Source of the DNA: Gemmatimonadota bacterium
GTDB taxonomy: Bacteria > Gemmatimonadota > Gemmatimonadetes > Gemmatimonadales > GWC2-71-9
DNA: 64,000 nucleotides
Direction of reading: 5' to 3'
Assembly (NCBI GenBank): GCA_039589615.1
Contig: JBDHHA010000002.1
Span: 25,190 to 89,189 of the forward strand
Shown here: piece by piece, positions 1-9,295 of the stretch
Layout: the number at the start of each line of letters is the position of its first letter
Position numbering within the stretch: the first letter of the stretch is position 1
Made by a program: the position numbers and the translations under genes
The notes under the pieces: generated by a model
The model's input: only the letters and a program-made list of their open reading frames with translations
Told to the model about the DNA's origin: nothing
The model's database searches: none

Positions 1-2
1 CC

Positions 3-788
3 CGAGACGGCCAAGTGGTCCCCGAGAACGTCACACTGATCGCGGAAGACAGCGTGGAGTTCTGGAACCAGCTCTTCCTGCCCCCTGACCTTCGGAGGGG
101 AGAACGCCGGCCGGCCCTCATCTTCATCCACGGTGGGTCGCGGCGCCAGATGCTGCTCGGCTACCACTATATGCACTTCTACCACATGGCGTACGCCCTC
201 AACCAGTATTTCGCGAATAAGGGTTATGTCGTTCTGTCGGTGAACTACCGCAGCGGCATCGGGTACGGCCAGGAGTTTCGCAATGCGCCGGGCAGGGGCA
301 GAGAGGGGAACACCGAATACCAGGATATCTTGGCGGCTGGAAAATATCTGCAGTCCCGACCCGATGTCGATCCAGAACGAGTCGGACTGTGGGGGCTGTC
401 GTATGGTGGCATCCTCACGGCACAGGGGCTCGCCCGGAATTCTGATGTCTTCGCTGCCGGTGTGGACATCGCGGGCATCCACCTGTGGGGGAATACCATC
501 AATGCGGACAGCGTGTCGTACCAATCATCGGCCATTGCCGCCATCGACAAGTGGACGTCCCCGGTGTTGTTGATCCACGGCGATGATGATCGCAACGTCG
601 CGTTCTCGCAAACCGTCGGTCTGGTGCAGCTTCTCAGAGCCTACGACGTGTACCACGAACTGATCGTGTTCCCAGACGACGTGCACGACTTCCTGATCTA
701 CGAGCGCTTCCTGAAGTCGTTCAACGCCGCCGATGACTTCTTCGACCGGTTCTTGATGCAGAAGCCGGCGAACACCGGAGGACGATGA
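3..788 (+). CDS. S9 (prolyl oligopeptidase family) peptidase, 5'-truncated by window edge
   Basis: FIHGG, GLSYGG nucleophile, HGDDDRNV Asp motif, DDVH His motif; frame open to window start. Confidence 0.9.
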   Translation, partial: RDGQVVPENVTLIAEDSVEFWNQLFLPPDLRRGERRPALIFIHGGSRRQMLLGYHYMHFYHMAYALNQYFANKGYVVLSVNYRSGIGYGQEFRNAPGRGREGNTEYQDILAAGKYLQSRPDVDPERVGLWGLSYGGILTAQGLARNSDVFAAGVDIAGIHLWGNTINADSVSYQSSAIAAIDKWTSPVLLIHGDDDRNVAFSQTVGLVQLLRAYDVYHELIVFPDDVHDFLIYERFLKSFNAADDFFDRFLMQKPANTGGR

Positions 789-2656
789 TGCGCATGCGAC
801 TCTGCACGGCATTCGTGATCGTCGCGTCGACACTGCCCGCAAGTCCGGCAGGGGCGCGCCAGGAAGCCCCATACGATGTTCGCGCCAACTACGACAAGCA
901 CGAGTACATGGTGCCGATGCGGGACGGCACGCGACTCTTCACGATCGTGTACACGCCAACAGACCAGTCTCAGCAATACCCGGTGTTGCTCTACCGCACA
1001 CCATACTCGATTCCCCCATACGGGCCCGACCAGTACCGGGCGATGCTGGGGCCGAGTCCCGAGTTCGATCGTGACGGGTACATCTTCGTGTTTCAGGATG
1101 TGCGCGGGAAGTTTCGATCCGAAGGAGCATTCGAGGTCATGCGGCCGTTGGCGCGTTACGTGCCCGACAGTCACGGCGTGGACGAGAGCACGGATAATTA
1201 CGACACGATCGAGTGGGTGCTGGCCAACGTGCCGAACCACAACGGGCGGGTGGGCCAGTGGGGGATCTCCTACAGCGGGTGGCAGACGGTCATGGGGATG
1301 GTGGACGCCCACCCCGCGCTCAAGGCATCGTCGCCGCAGGCGTCACCGTCGGACATGTTCATCGGTGACGATTGGCACCATAACGGAGCGTTTCGTTTGA
1401 TGTACGCGTTCTCGTGGTTGTCGGGCAATGCACGCCTTCGTGCGGGACCGACGGAGTCGCGCGGCGCCCGCTTCGACTATGGAACGCCCTGGGGATACAA
1501 GTTTTTTCTCGACCTCGGCACGGTGGCCGAGATCAACGACCGGTACTTCCACGACCAGGTGCCAGCGTGGAACGAGTTCATGGAACACGGGACGTACGAT
1601 GAGTACTGGACTCGCCAGGTTGCGCTGCGGGATTTGGACGGCATCTCCCACCCCATTCTGAATGTCGCCGGGTGGTTTGACGCGGAGGATTTCTACGGTC
1701 CGATGTCAATCTACCGGACACTGGAGGAGGAAAACCCGGGCAACCAGAGTACCCTCGCCGCGGGCCCCTGGCTCCATGGCGGGTGGCGGTCCATGGACGG
1801 CGACCGGCTGGGCTGTATCGATTTCGGGTCGGCCACTTCTCGGTACTTCCAACAGCACATCCAGTATCCGTTCTTCAGTCATTACTTGAAGGACACGGGG
1901 GATTGGGACGCTCCAGAAGCGGTGCTGTTCGAGACAGGCGGCAACCAATGGAGGCGGTTCGACGCTTGGCCGCCCCGTGACGCGGTACCCACGGACCTCT
2001 ATTTTCGTACCGGCGGCCGGCTCTCCTTCGACCCCCCCACGGGCGACGGAGTCGACACCTATGTTTCCGACCCGGCAAAGCCCGTTCCGTTTTCGGCGGA
2101 GATTCGCACCACACAGGGACATCTGTGGATGATCGAAGACCAACGGTTCGCTTCGACTCGCCCTGATGTGTTGGTGTATCAAACCGAGCCACTCGAAGAG
2201 GACATCACGATCGCGGGTCCTATCCTGGCGAGACTCTTCGCGTCCACCACGGGGACCGACGCAGATTGGATCGTGAAGCTCATCGACGTGTACCCCGGCG
2301 ACGCGCCGGAGGACCCACAGTGCGCGACGGCGATGGGCGACTTTCAGATGCTCCTCGCGGGAGAGATCCTGCGGGGCAAGTTCCGCAACAGTTTTGCCGA
2401 CCCCGAACCAGTGGTCCCAGGGGAGATCACCGCCTACGAGATCGACCTGCGGGATCGGTTCCACACATTCCGGCGGGGTCACCGCATCATGGTACAAATC
2501 CAGAGCACGTGGTTTCCGGTGTACGACAGGAACCCACAGCGATTCATGGACATCTACCGTGCACGGCCGTCGGACTTCCAGTCCGCCACGCAAGCGGTTT
2601 CCCGCTCGGGGGAACACCCGTCACGCCTGGTGCTACGTGTCCTCCGGGATCGGTAG
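785..2656 (+). CDS. CocE/NonD family hydrolase (S15-like), secreted
   Basis: Signal peptide; RTPY, QDVRG, GISYSG, GWFDAED, GPWLHG motifs; C-terminal PepX-like domain; ATGA overlap with upstream stop. Confidence 0.92.
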   Translation: MMRMRLCTAFVIVASTLPASPAGARQEAPYDVRANYDKHEYMVPMRDGTRLFTIVYTPTDQSQQYPVLLYRTPYSIPPYGPDQYRAMLGPSPEFDRDGYIFVFQDVRGKFRSEGAFEVMRPLARYVPDSHGVDESTDNYDTIEWVLANVPNHNGRVGQWGISYSGWQTVMGMVDAHPALKASSPQASPSDMFIGDDWHHNGAFRLMYAFSWLSGNARLRAGPTESRGARFDYGTPWGYKFFLDLGTVAEINDRYFHDQVPAWNEFMEHGTYDEYWTRQVALRDLDGISHPILNVAGWFDAEDFYGPMSIYRTLEEENPGNQSTLAAGPWLHGGWRSMDGDRLGCIDFGSATSRYFQQHIQYPFFSHYLKDTGDWDAPEAVLFETGGNQWRRFDAWPPRDAVPTDLYFRTGGRLSFDPPTGDGVDTYVSDPAKPVPFSAEIRTTQGHLWMIEDQRFASTRPDVLVYQTEPLEEDITIAGPILARLFASTTGTDADWIVKLIDVYPGDAPEDPQCATAMGDFQMLLAGEILRGKFRNSFADPEPVVPGEITAYEIDLRDRFHTFRRGHRIMVQIQSTWFPVYDRNPQRFMDIYRARPSDFQSATQAVSRSGEHPSRLVLRVLRDR

Positions 2657-3331
2657 GGGGTCACAGGAGTAGACGCGCGGGCCGTCGCGGTTCGACGGCC
2701 CCCCGCGCGCCCCCCACACCACCAACGCCACGACGATTGACCCCACGGCTATGGCGGCCATGATCCTGAGGTCCACACCCCACCACACGCCCAGCGCGGC
2801 AAAGAACCACAGCCGGGGGAACCGGCCGAGGAACGTTGCCAGGAGGTGGCGCGAGACGGGAAACCCCGTGAGGGGAGACAGGAATCGCACCGACCAGTAG
2901 GGCAGCGGAGACCAGCTGCACAACCACACCGTGAAGAACGGGGCCCGGGAAAAGAGCCCATCCAGCTTCCGAATCACATTGGACGCGCGGACCGGCGCCA
3001 AGGTCTGGGTGGTGAGAATCCTCCGGTACAAGGCGTAGTTCAAAAACTCGACGTAGAGGGTGCCGGCGATGCCGAGGAAACCGACCGCCAAAGGTGGATA
3101 CAGTCTCCCGTACATCATGAGCACCGGCTCGTATGTCGCCGGGAGTAACGGCGCGATCGGTCCGTTCACCCAGATGGTCACGAGCACGAAGGCCACGAGC
3201 GCCCCCGATGCCGGCACTAGATAGACCAAGGGGATGGCGGTCAGTGCGGCGACGCCCGAGCCGCGCACGATCCCATCCCACACCAGGTCGCCGTAGCGAC
3301 GCTTAAGAGGATGCGGCGGGCTGGAGGGCAC
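2633..3331 (-). CDS. VTT/DedA (SNARE-associated)-like membrane protein
   Basis: Several hydrophobic helices; SPLPY..VR and ATFLGRFPR motifs typical of YqaA/VTT proteins; overlaps upstream gene end. Confidence 0.7.
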   Translation of the reverse strand: MPSSPPHPLKRRYGDLVWDGIVRGSGVAALTAIPLVYLVPASGALVAFVLVTIWVNGPIAPLLPATYEPVLMMYGRLYPPLAVGFLGIAGTLYVEFLNYALYRRILTTQTLAPVRASNVIRKLDGLFSRAPFFTVWLCSWSPLPYWSVRFLSPLTGFPVSRHLLATFLGRFPRLWFFAALGVWWGVDLRIMAAIAVGSIVVALVVWGARGGPSNRDGPRVYSCDPLPIPEDT

Positions 3332-4820
3332 GTTTGGGATCGGTCACGAGGACACCATCGATTCCTTCGGGCACCGCGTGGCCCAAGTGTTGCATGACGT
3401 AAGGAAAGAGATCCACGGTACGCATCGGTCCTGTAACCGGGTGGTTGAGCGCCATGAGGCAGCGCATGTGTTCGCCCACGAGACTCCCGTGTCCGGAGCG
3501 ATGCTCCGGAATCTCCCATTCTTCTCGGAGATCGGCTAGGGGTCCCGCCGAAATGACGAGGTCCCCGCATCGCGCCGACCGAAAGATCTGTGTGAGTTGT
3601 GTGGGGGCGTCGGGGAACGGACCGTTGTACGTGCGGTTGAGCCAATCACGCGACGAGTGTACGGCCGCCATGCATTTCATCTGGAGAACGTCAGCCGTGA
3701 TTGGGGTGTAGGCGATTGCGCCACTCTCCAGGGTACGGAGTCTCGCTCGGCCGGCGCTGGAAACCAGGAGGATGTCGTCGCCGTCCGTGCCGGCGACGAA
3801 GGCCACTCCGTCGAGGTCGGCCAAGTGCGAGACGAGCCAACGAGGGCTGTCCGGGACGTCACCACTCTCGATCTCCGGAATGGACCACCGCTGGTGCCGC
3901 GGACGACCCGGAGTGAGGTACACCTGCGCCGCTCCGTTGCCCGAGACCATCACGGCCACGTCCGGATTGCGACGCCACAGTTTGGGGTGTCGCAGGACAC
4001 GGAGTCCTACCGCCTCGAGCTCTCGGCTGATGCATACGTGACGATCGATTCGGGTCATGCCGTGGTCGGATGCGACGGCCAGCAGGTGGTCGCCGCCCAA
4101 CCCCCCGGCCTCCGCATAGCGACCCAACGCCTGGTCGAACCGGCGATAGAGATCCAACACCCGCGGATGCCAAGGATCGTAGGAATGGGTCATGCCGTCG
4201 ATGCCGGGAAAGACCGCGAACACCAAGCGATGGTCCTCTCCCGCCACCTTGAGAAAACCCCGCGCCACGGCCGCGTCGAACGTCTTGTAGGCCTTGGGCG
4301 CGTAGTGCGCCAAGCCGCCGAACACGAGGCGCGGCAACGCGGTGTGGGCACGCTTTGGACCCAGGCCCCGTGTGAACGGGGTGCAGAGGGCAACCGAGTC
4401 GAATTCCGCCTCGAAGAGACTGGGGACGCCTTCGGACACGTCGGTGGTGAAGCAGCCGCCCTGTGGCCCGCAGTAGTTCCGCACGTAGGACCGGTCGCGT
4501 ATCCATCTCCCGGTGTACCGGGCTCGGTCCAGCCACCGGATTCCCGGCACGCCGCAGGTTCCGGGATAGCAGCCCGTGAAGAACGGCAGGTAGGCCACCC
4601 CCGTTGTGGATGGAAAGGCCGTGGTGGCCGGAACGGGCCCGCCGCTTGCGAGGTAGCGGCACGAGTTGGGAAGGTCCCCCGCGTTTGCCAGGAACTTGAA
4701 GACATCGGGGCGGGCCCCGTCCAGCAATGCGACGGTGGCCCGGCGGGTGGCCTGATCTTCCCAGTGGTGGATTTCGCTCATGCCCCTGTCCAATGTAGGC
4801 GTCGGTGGGTGGGATGACAT
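3303..4820 (-). CDS. Alkaline phosphatase superfamily, nucleotide pyrophosphatase/phosphodiesterase-like protein
   Basis: LLDGAR, FPSTT (Thr nucleophile), DGMTH, SDHG, SGHG metal motifs; start uncertain (4820 or 4781). Confidence 0.85.
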   Translation of the reverse strand: MSSHPPTPTLDRGMSEIHHWEDQATRRATVALLDGARPDVFKFLANAGDLPNSCRYLASGGPVPATTAFPSTTGVAYLPFFTGCYPGTCGVPGIRWLDRARYTGRWIRDRSYVRNYCGPQGGCFTTDVSEGVPSLFEAEFDSVALCTPFTRGLGPKRAHTALPRLVFGGLAHYAPKAYKTFDAAVARGFLKVAGEDHRLVFAVFPGIDGMTHSYDPWHPRVLDLYRRFDQALGRYAEAGGLGGDHLLAVASDHGMTRIDRHVCISRELEAVGLRVLRHPKLWRRNPDVAVMVSGNGAAQVYLTPGRPRHQRWSIPEIESGDVPDSPRWLVSHLADLDGVAFVAGTDGDDILLVSSAGRARLRTLESGAIAYTPITADVLQMKCMAAVHSSRDWLNRTYNGPFPDAPTQLTQIFRSARCGDLVISAGPLADLREEWEIPEHRSGHGSLVGEHMRCLMALNHPVTGPMRTVDLFPYVMQHLGHAVPEGIDGVLVTDPKRALQPAASS

Positions 4821-4900
4821 CCCCACTCTTCCCGCCCGTCCGTGGCTCACAGTGAGGCCGGTGGCTTCCCGGACCGGCCGTCTTGGGCTCAACCGGTCAA

Positions 4901-4947
4901 TATAGCGTTCACACTATAATAATATGGCGTAAACGCTATATTGTCAA
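4901..4947 (-). promoter_or_regulatory. sigma70-like promoter with two tandem TATAGCGT-N2-ACGCTATA-like operators
   Basis: Minus strand TTGACA-N17-TATTAT; palindromes 4901-4918 and 4923-4940 each one mismatch from consensus. Confidence 0.8.
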
Positions 4948-5225
4948 GGGTGCGCCGTACGACAGTGTGTGAGCCCTGGCGCGCTCCTGAACGTGAAATT
5001 GGTGTGAGAGTCTCTTGGGTTGTCGATCGCGTCCGCCAGAAGGCGTCGGCCTGCGGCGGCGACCCGGGAGGGCCTCCGCCACCTCCCGCGATCCATCCAA
5101 CTCAGCTGTCCGGCCTGTTCTGGCATCGTGTTGCCCCGGCGGTCGTCGTGGGGCTCGCGTCTCGATTGGAATAAACCCTAACGCGGCGGACGACCGAAAG
5201 AGACAAGGCGCCGTGATGGGAGGGC

Positions 5226-7907
5226 CTACTCGTCTCGCAACACCGTCATGGGATCCACGCGGCTTGCGCGCCGCGCGGGGATGTAGGTTGCCAGGAGTGC
5301 CACCGCACAGAGTACCGCGGTGACCGCGCCGTAGGTCAGCGGATCGACCGCCTCGACACCGTAGAGCAGACTCGCCTGAAAGCGTGTGAAGAGGATCGCC
5401 CCCGCCAGACCCACCGCGACCCCAACACCGAGGAGCTTCATGCCGCCCAGCAGGAACTGCCCCACGATGCGGGGGGGCTCCGCGCCGAGGGCGATGCGCA
5501 CGCCGATCTCCTGGCCTCGTTGTCCCACCGAGTAGGAGATCACGCCGTAGATGCCCACGACGGCCAGCGACAGCGCGACCGCGGCAAACACTCCCAACAG
5601 GATCATCGCAAAGCGAGACCGGGCCACCGACCGCGAGACGTTGTCGCGCATGGTCTGCACCTCGCTCACCACGATCGTCGGATCGATGGTGCGGATCACC
5701 CGGCGGACGGACGACATCATGGCGACGGGGTCGCCGTCGGTGCGCACCACGAGGTTCATGACGCCGAGAAACCAGTTCCACGGTACCTGTGTGTACGGTC
5801 CGTAGTAGGCCGGAAGCGGCTCCATGTCCAACGAATAGTGGTGCACGTCCTCCACGACGCCGATGATCTCCATCCAAATGGATTCCCGGCCGTTGATGCT
5901 CATCCGCTGCCCGACGGGGGATTCCCCGTTGGGGAAGAAACGCTGCACAAACGATTCGTTGACGATCATGACCGGCGGCGCCCCGGCGCGGTCGAAGTCC
6001 GTGAACGCTCTGCCCTGCTTGAGGGCGATGCCCATCGTCTGGAAGTAGTCGGTGCTCACCCCGTGGTATCCGTAGTCGCGCTTGACGCCCTCGCGGTCCA
6101 TGGGTTGGCCCTGGATGAAGGCGCTCCACGTGGCCTCGTCGTCGCGCAGCGGCAGGAAGTTCGTCGCCGCGGCCTGGCGGACCTGGGGCAGGCTCGCCAA
6201 CTCGAGAATCAGGCGGTCGTAGTGGGCGGTCTGCTCCTCCACCGTGGGATAGTCGCGGCCCATGGGGGTGATCTGCAGCGTGAGCGTTCCACCTGGGTCG
6301 AAACCCGGATCCACCCGCATGAGGCGGGCGAAGGTCGTCATCATCAGGCCGGCGGAAATGAGGAGCACCAGAGAGAATGCGAGCTGTGTGACGACAAACC
6401 CGGCCCGCAAGCGCTGGTGCCCGCGCCCACCCGTCGACCCGCGGCTCCCCTCCTTGAGGTAGGACGAGACCGCGGGGCGCGACGCCTGGACTGCCGGGAT
6501 CACCCCGAAGAGCAGGCCCGTCACCACCGACAGGAGGAGCGCGAACCCCAGGACCCGTCCGTCCACGCCGATTTGATCCACTTGGGGGAGGCCCGCCGGA
6601 GCGGCAGCCAGGAGTGCCCGGGTTGCCACGGAGGCCACGAGGACCCCGGCGGCGCCCCCTGCGACGGCCAGGATGATGCTCTCCGTGAGCTTCTGCCGTA
6701 CCAGCCGACCACGTGCCGCGCCGAGCGCCGCCCGGATGGCCACTTCCCGCTGCTCCGCGGACGTCCGGGCCAGCATCAGATTCGCTACGTTCACCGTGGC
6801 GATGAGCAGCACGAACGCCACGGCGCCCAGCAATACCAGCAGGGCAGGGCGGATGTTGCCCACGACCGCGTCGGTCAAAGGCTCGACGTTGACACCCCAC
6901 CCTGAGAGGAACTCGGGATAGGCCTCCCGTAACCCGTCCACCACGCGGTCCATGTCCTGCTGCGCGGTCTGGCGCGTGACACCAGGCTGCATTCGGGCGA
7001 CCACCCAGAGAATATGCGATCGCCTGTTCTGGTACATGTTCGAGCTGAGAGAAAGTGGAGTGAACACGGCCTGATCGCGGTCGAGGAAGTCGAACCCGGC
7101 AGGAAGCACTCCGACGACGGTGAAGCTCCCGGACCCGATGCCGACCCCCTGACCCACGATCGACGAATCACCACCGAAGTGACTTTGCCAGAATCGGTAG
7201 CTGAGGAGGACGACTCCGCTGTTGGCGGGCTCCTCTTCCTCGGGGAGAAAAGCGCGTCCGAGGATCGGGGTGATCCCCAAGACCTCGAAGAAGTTGGACG
7301 ACACCGACGCATGGGACACGCGCTCCGGATCGCCGTCCCCCCTGAAGGTGACGGCCCAATCCTGAAATCCGGCCATGCCCTGGAAAGTCCGGTGCTGTTC
7401 TCTCCAATCGGCGAAGTTGGCCGCCGTGACCCGGTTGCGCAGCTCGAGGAATCCCGAGCGGGCGTCGACCTCGTGCACCAAGACCAGTTGTTCCGGATTG
7501 GGGTGCGGCAGCGGATGCAGCAACACGCCGTTCACGACGCTGAAGACGGCCGTGGTTGCCCCAATGGCCAGGATGAGCGTGAGGACTACCGCTGAGGTGA
7601 ATCCCGGCCGGTTGACGAGTGTCCGGACGGCGTAACGGATGTCCTGCCACATTGCGCTCATCGCGGCTTTCCCTTGTTGAGTAAGTGCGCTGCGTTCCAC
7701 TCCATTCGCACGGCGACACTGCGAGGCGATGTGGTCCAGTTCTCCAAACCGCTCCATGGCCAGCCGCCGTGCGTCGTTTTCCGTCATGCCCGTGGCGACG
7801 TACTCTTCAACCCGACCCTCGAGATGCAACTGCAGCTCCAACTCGATGTCGCTCTCGGGATCGCCGATCTTGTGGTGCACCGGCCGCCATCCGGGTCGGG
7901 AATTCAT
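5226..7907 (-). CDS. ADOP-family duplicated ABC-type permease (MacB/FtsX-like) with permease-prefix N-terminal domain
   Basis: WQDIRYAVRTL...PGFT, NVANLMLAR, REVAIRAALGA, EIGVRIALGA, VDPMTVLRDE; N-terminal ELELQLHLE...GM...ARRLAMERFG. Confidence 0.93.
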   Translation of the reverse strand: MNSRPGWRPVHHKIGDPESDIELELQLHLEGRVEEYVATGMTENDARRLAMERFGELDHIASQCRRANGVERSALTQQGKAAMSAMWQDIRYAVRTLVNRPGFTSAVVLTLILAIGATTAVFSVVNGVLLHPLPHPNPEQLVLVHEVDARSGFLELRNRVTAANFADWREQHRTFQGMAGFQDWAVTFRGDGDPERVSHASVSSNFFEVLGITPILGRAFLPEEEEPANSGVVLLSYRFWQSHFGGDSSIVGQGVGIGSGSFTVVGVLPAGFDFLDRDQAVFTPLSLSSNMYQNRRSHILWVVARMQPGVTRQTAQQDMDRVVDGLREAYPEFLSGWGVNVEPLTDAVVGNIRPALLVLLGAVAFVLLIATVNVANLMLARTSAEQREVAIRAALGAARGRLVRQKLTESIILAVAGGAAGVLVASVATRALLAAAPAGLPQVDQIGVDGRVLGFALLLSVVTGLLFGVIPAVQASRPAVSSYLKEGSRGSTGGRGHQRLRAGFVVTQLAFSLVLLISAGLMMTTFARLMRVDPGFDPGGTLTLQITPMGRDYPTVEEQTAHYDRLILELASLPQVRQAAATNFLPLRDDEATWSAFIQGQPMDREGVKRDYGYHGVSTDYFQTMGIALKQGRAFTDFDRAGAPPVMIVNESFVQRFFPNGESPVGQRMSINGRESIWMEIIGVVEDVHHYSLDMEPLPAYYGPYTQVPWNWFLGVMNLVVRTDGDPVAMMSSVRRVIRTIDPTIVVSEVQTMRDNVSRSVARSRFAMILLGVFAAVALSLAVVGIYGVISYSVGQRGQEIGVRIALGAEPPRIVGQFLLGGMKLLGVGVAVGLAGAILFTRFQASLLYGVEAVDPLTYGAVTAVLCAVALLATYIPARRASRVDPMTVLRDE

Positions 7908-7911
7908 GTCG

Positions 7912-8265
7912 TCATACCCTGCGGAGGCCCAACACCTTGCTCACGGCATCTGCGTGCGCGATCCAATTCTCGAGCTCGCTCCTGAGTGCTTTCTTCCCGG
8001 CCGTGGTGATCTGGTAGAACCTGGCCCGGCGCCGTTTCTCGGAGATGTGCCACTCACCCTCAATGAGGCCCTGCCGCTGGAGGCGGTGCAGGGCCGGGTA
8101 GAGGGCGCCCTCCTCGACCTGAAGCACCTCCTCCGACCGATCCCGAATGAGCCGGGCGATCTCCAGTCCGTGGAGGGTCCCGTGGTCCTTGAGGGTGTTG
8201 AGGATCAAGACTTCGAGGGTGCCGTAGAGGGCTCCCGCGCCGGCTTTTCTGTCTGGGGTCGTCAT
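7912..8265 (-). CDS. PadR family regulator (acidobacterial type)
   Basis: GTLEVLIL, HGLEI, EEGALYPALHRL, RRARFYQIT; directly upstream of ADOP. Confidence 0.93.
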   Translation of the reverse strand: MTTPDRKAGAGALYGTLEVLILNTLKDHGTLHGLEIARLIRDRSEEVLQVEEGALYPALHRLQRQGLIEGEWHISEKRRRARFYQITTAGKKALRSELENWIAHADAVSKVLGLRRV

Positions 8266-8287
8266 GTGTTCTTAGATCTCCCAATGA

Positions 8288-8328
8288 CCTAAATGGTTTA
8301 CATAAACTATTTACGTAAACTGTTTAGG
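8288..8328. promoter_or_regulatory. Putative PadR operator array
   Basis: Three 11-bp TAAAC-N-GTTTA-like palindromes at 13-bp period (8290, 8303, 8316). Confidence 0.7.
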
Positions 8329-8431
8329 GAAAGTTTCACCGCACGTTCCAGTGCGTGAAACTGCCGTAAGGCCGTGCCGTATGGTGGTTTGGCAGGCTAT
8401 TCTTACTCAACCGATCTTCTGAGAAAGACCC

Positions 8432-8917
8432 ATGCTCATCGAGTGTCCTGAATGCGGGAGGGAGGTCTCCAGCAAAGCCGCGGCGTGTCCCGAATGCGCC
8501 TACCCGGTGGGGAGCGGGAAATCTCGACACCTGGCCCATGGGGGTGGGGGCTCGAGGGGAGGGGGTGGTCTGGAGGTCGCCAAGCAGCTCCTCGGGCGCA
8601 CCATTTTTGGTGGAATCCTGCTCGCAAGCGGCGTCGCCTGGGAAGCGCCCCCGGTGATCCTCTCCGCCATGTTCGTGTGGGCGACCTGCGCGCCGATCTG
8701 GATCAAAGCCCGGCGCGCCGACAAGCTGGGGGCCGGTGGAGAGGTGAGCCGCATCGAGAAACAGCTCGACGGGCGGATCGCTGAGCTCGAGGACCGGCAC
8801 ATTCAGCAGATCGCCGAGCTAGAGGATCAGCAGTCGAGGCACATCGGCGAGTTGGAGGAACGTCTCGACTTTACCGAGCGCCTGCTCACGAAACAGCGGG
8901 ATAGCGAAGCCGTTTGA
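8432..8917 (+). CDS. Zinc-ribbon + 2 TM + coiled-coil hypothetical protein
   Basis: CPECG..CPECA ribbon, two hydrophobic segments, C-terminal ELEERLDFTERLL. Confidence 0.8.
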   Translation: MLIECPECGREVSSKAAACPECAYPVGSGKSRHLAHGGGGSRGGGGLEVAKQLLGRTIFGGILLASGVAWEAPPVILSAMFVWATCAPIWIKARRADKLGAGGEVSRIEKQLDGRIAELEDRHIQQIAELEDQQSRHIGELEERLDFTERLLTKQRDSEAV

Positions 8918-8946
8918 TTGACACCGGAGGACCTATCCGGTAGGCT
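8918..8946 (+). promoter_or_regulatory. sigma70-like promoter of cold-shock gene
   Basis: TTGACA-N17-TAGGCT. Confidence 0.65.
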
Positions 8947-9004
8947 TTCATTATCTGGCGAGGACCGCCGGTGCGGTTTGTGGACACTACCAGCGAACAG
9001 TTTG

Positions 9005-9046
9005 GAACGGGACCTGGTCAATGGCCGGGTCCCGTTCTTCTTTCTT
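9005..9046 (+). terminator. Terminator-like hairpin in csp 5' leader (or terminator of 8432-8917)
   Basis: GAACGGGACCTGGTC-aat-GGCCGGGTCCCGTTC stem followed by TTCTTTCTT. Confidence 0.6.
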
Positions 9047-9077
9047 GCAGGCCACTAGTTCAGACCAGGAGCGGGCA

Positions 9078-9278
9078 GTGCGAACCACAGGCACGGTGAA
9101 ATGGTACAATGAGACCAAGGGCTTTGGTTTCATCAAGCCGGACGAGGGAGACAAGGACTGCTTCGTGCACCACTCGGAGCTCTCAGAGGGTTCTTCCCTG
9201 AATGAGGGTGACAAGGTGGAATTCGAGATCGTCCAAGAGGAGAAAGGGCCTGCGGCCCGCGGCGTAACCAAGGTTTAG
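9078..9278 (+). CDS. csp: Cold-shock protein (CSD)
   Basis: GTVKWYNETKGFGFI (RNP1), DCFVHHS (RNP2), KGPAA; GTG start after AGGAG. Confidence 0.95.
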   Translation: MRTTGTVKWYNETKGFGFIKPDEGDKDCFVHHSELSEGSSLNEGDKVEFEIVQEEKGPAARGVTKV

Positions 9279-9295
9279 CTCGCACATCCGTCCGC

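Noticed and set aside
4944-5126. 60-aa ORF in the gap between ADOP and the phosphodiesterase promoter
   Set aside because: No clear RBS or motif; composition not convincing
4936-6900. 654-aa minus-strand ORF and many other long overlapping ORFs (e.g. 5520-6905, 21967-23211, 18157-19152)
   Set aside because: Alternative-frame or antisense shadows of motif-supported genes; expected in high-GC DNA and no motifs recognised
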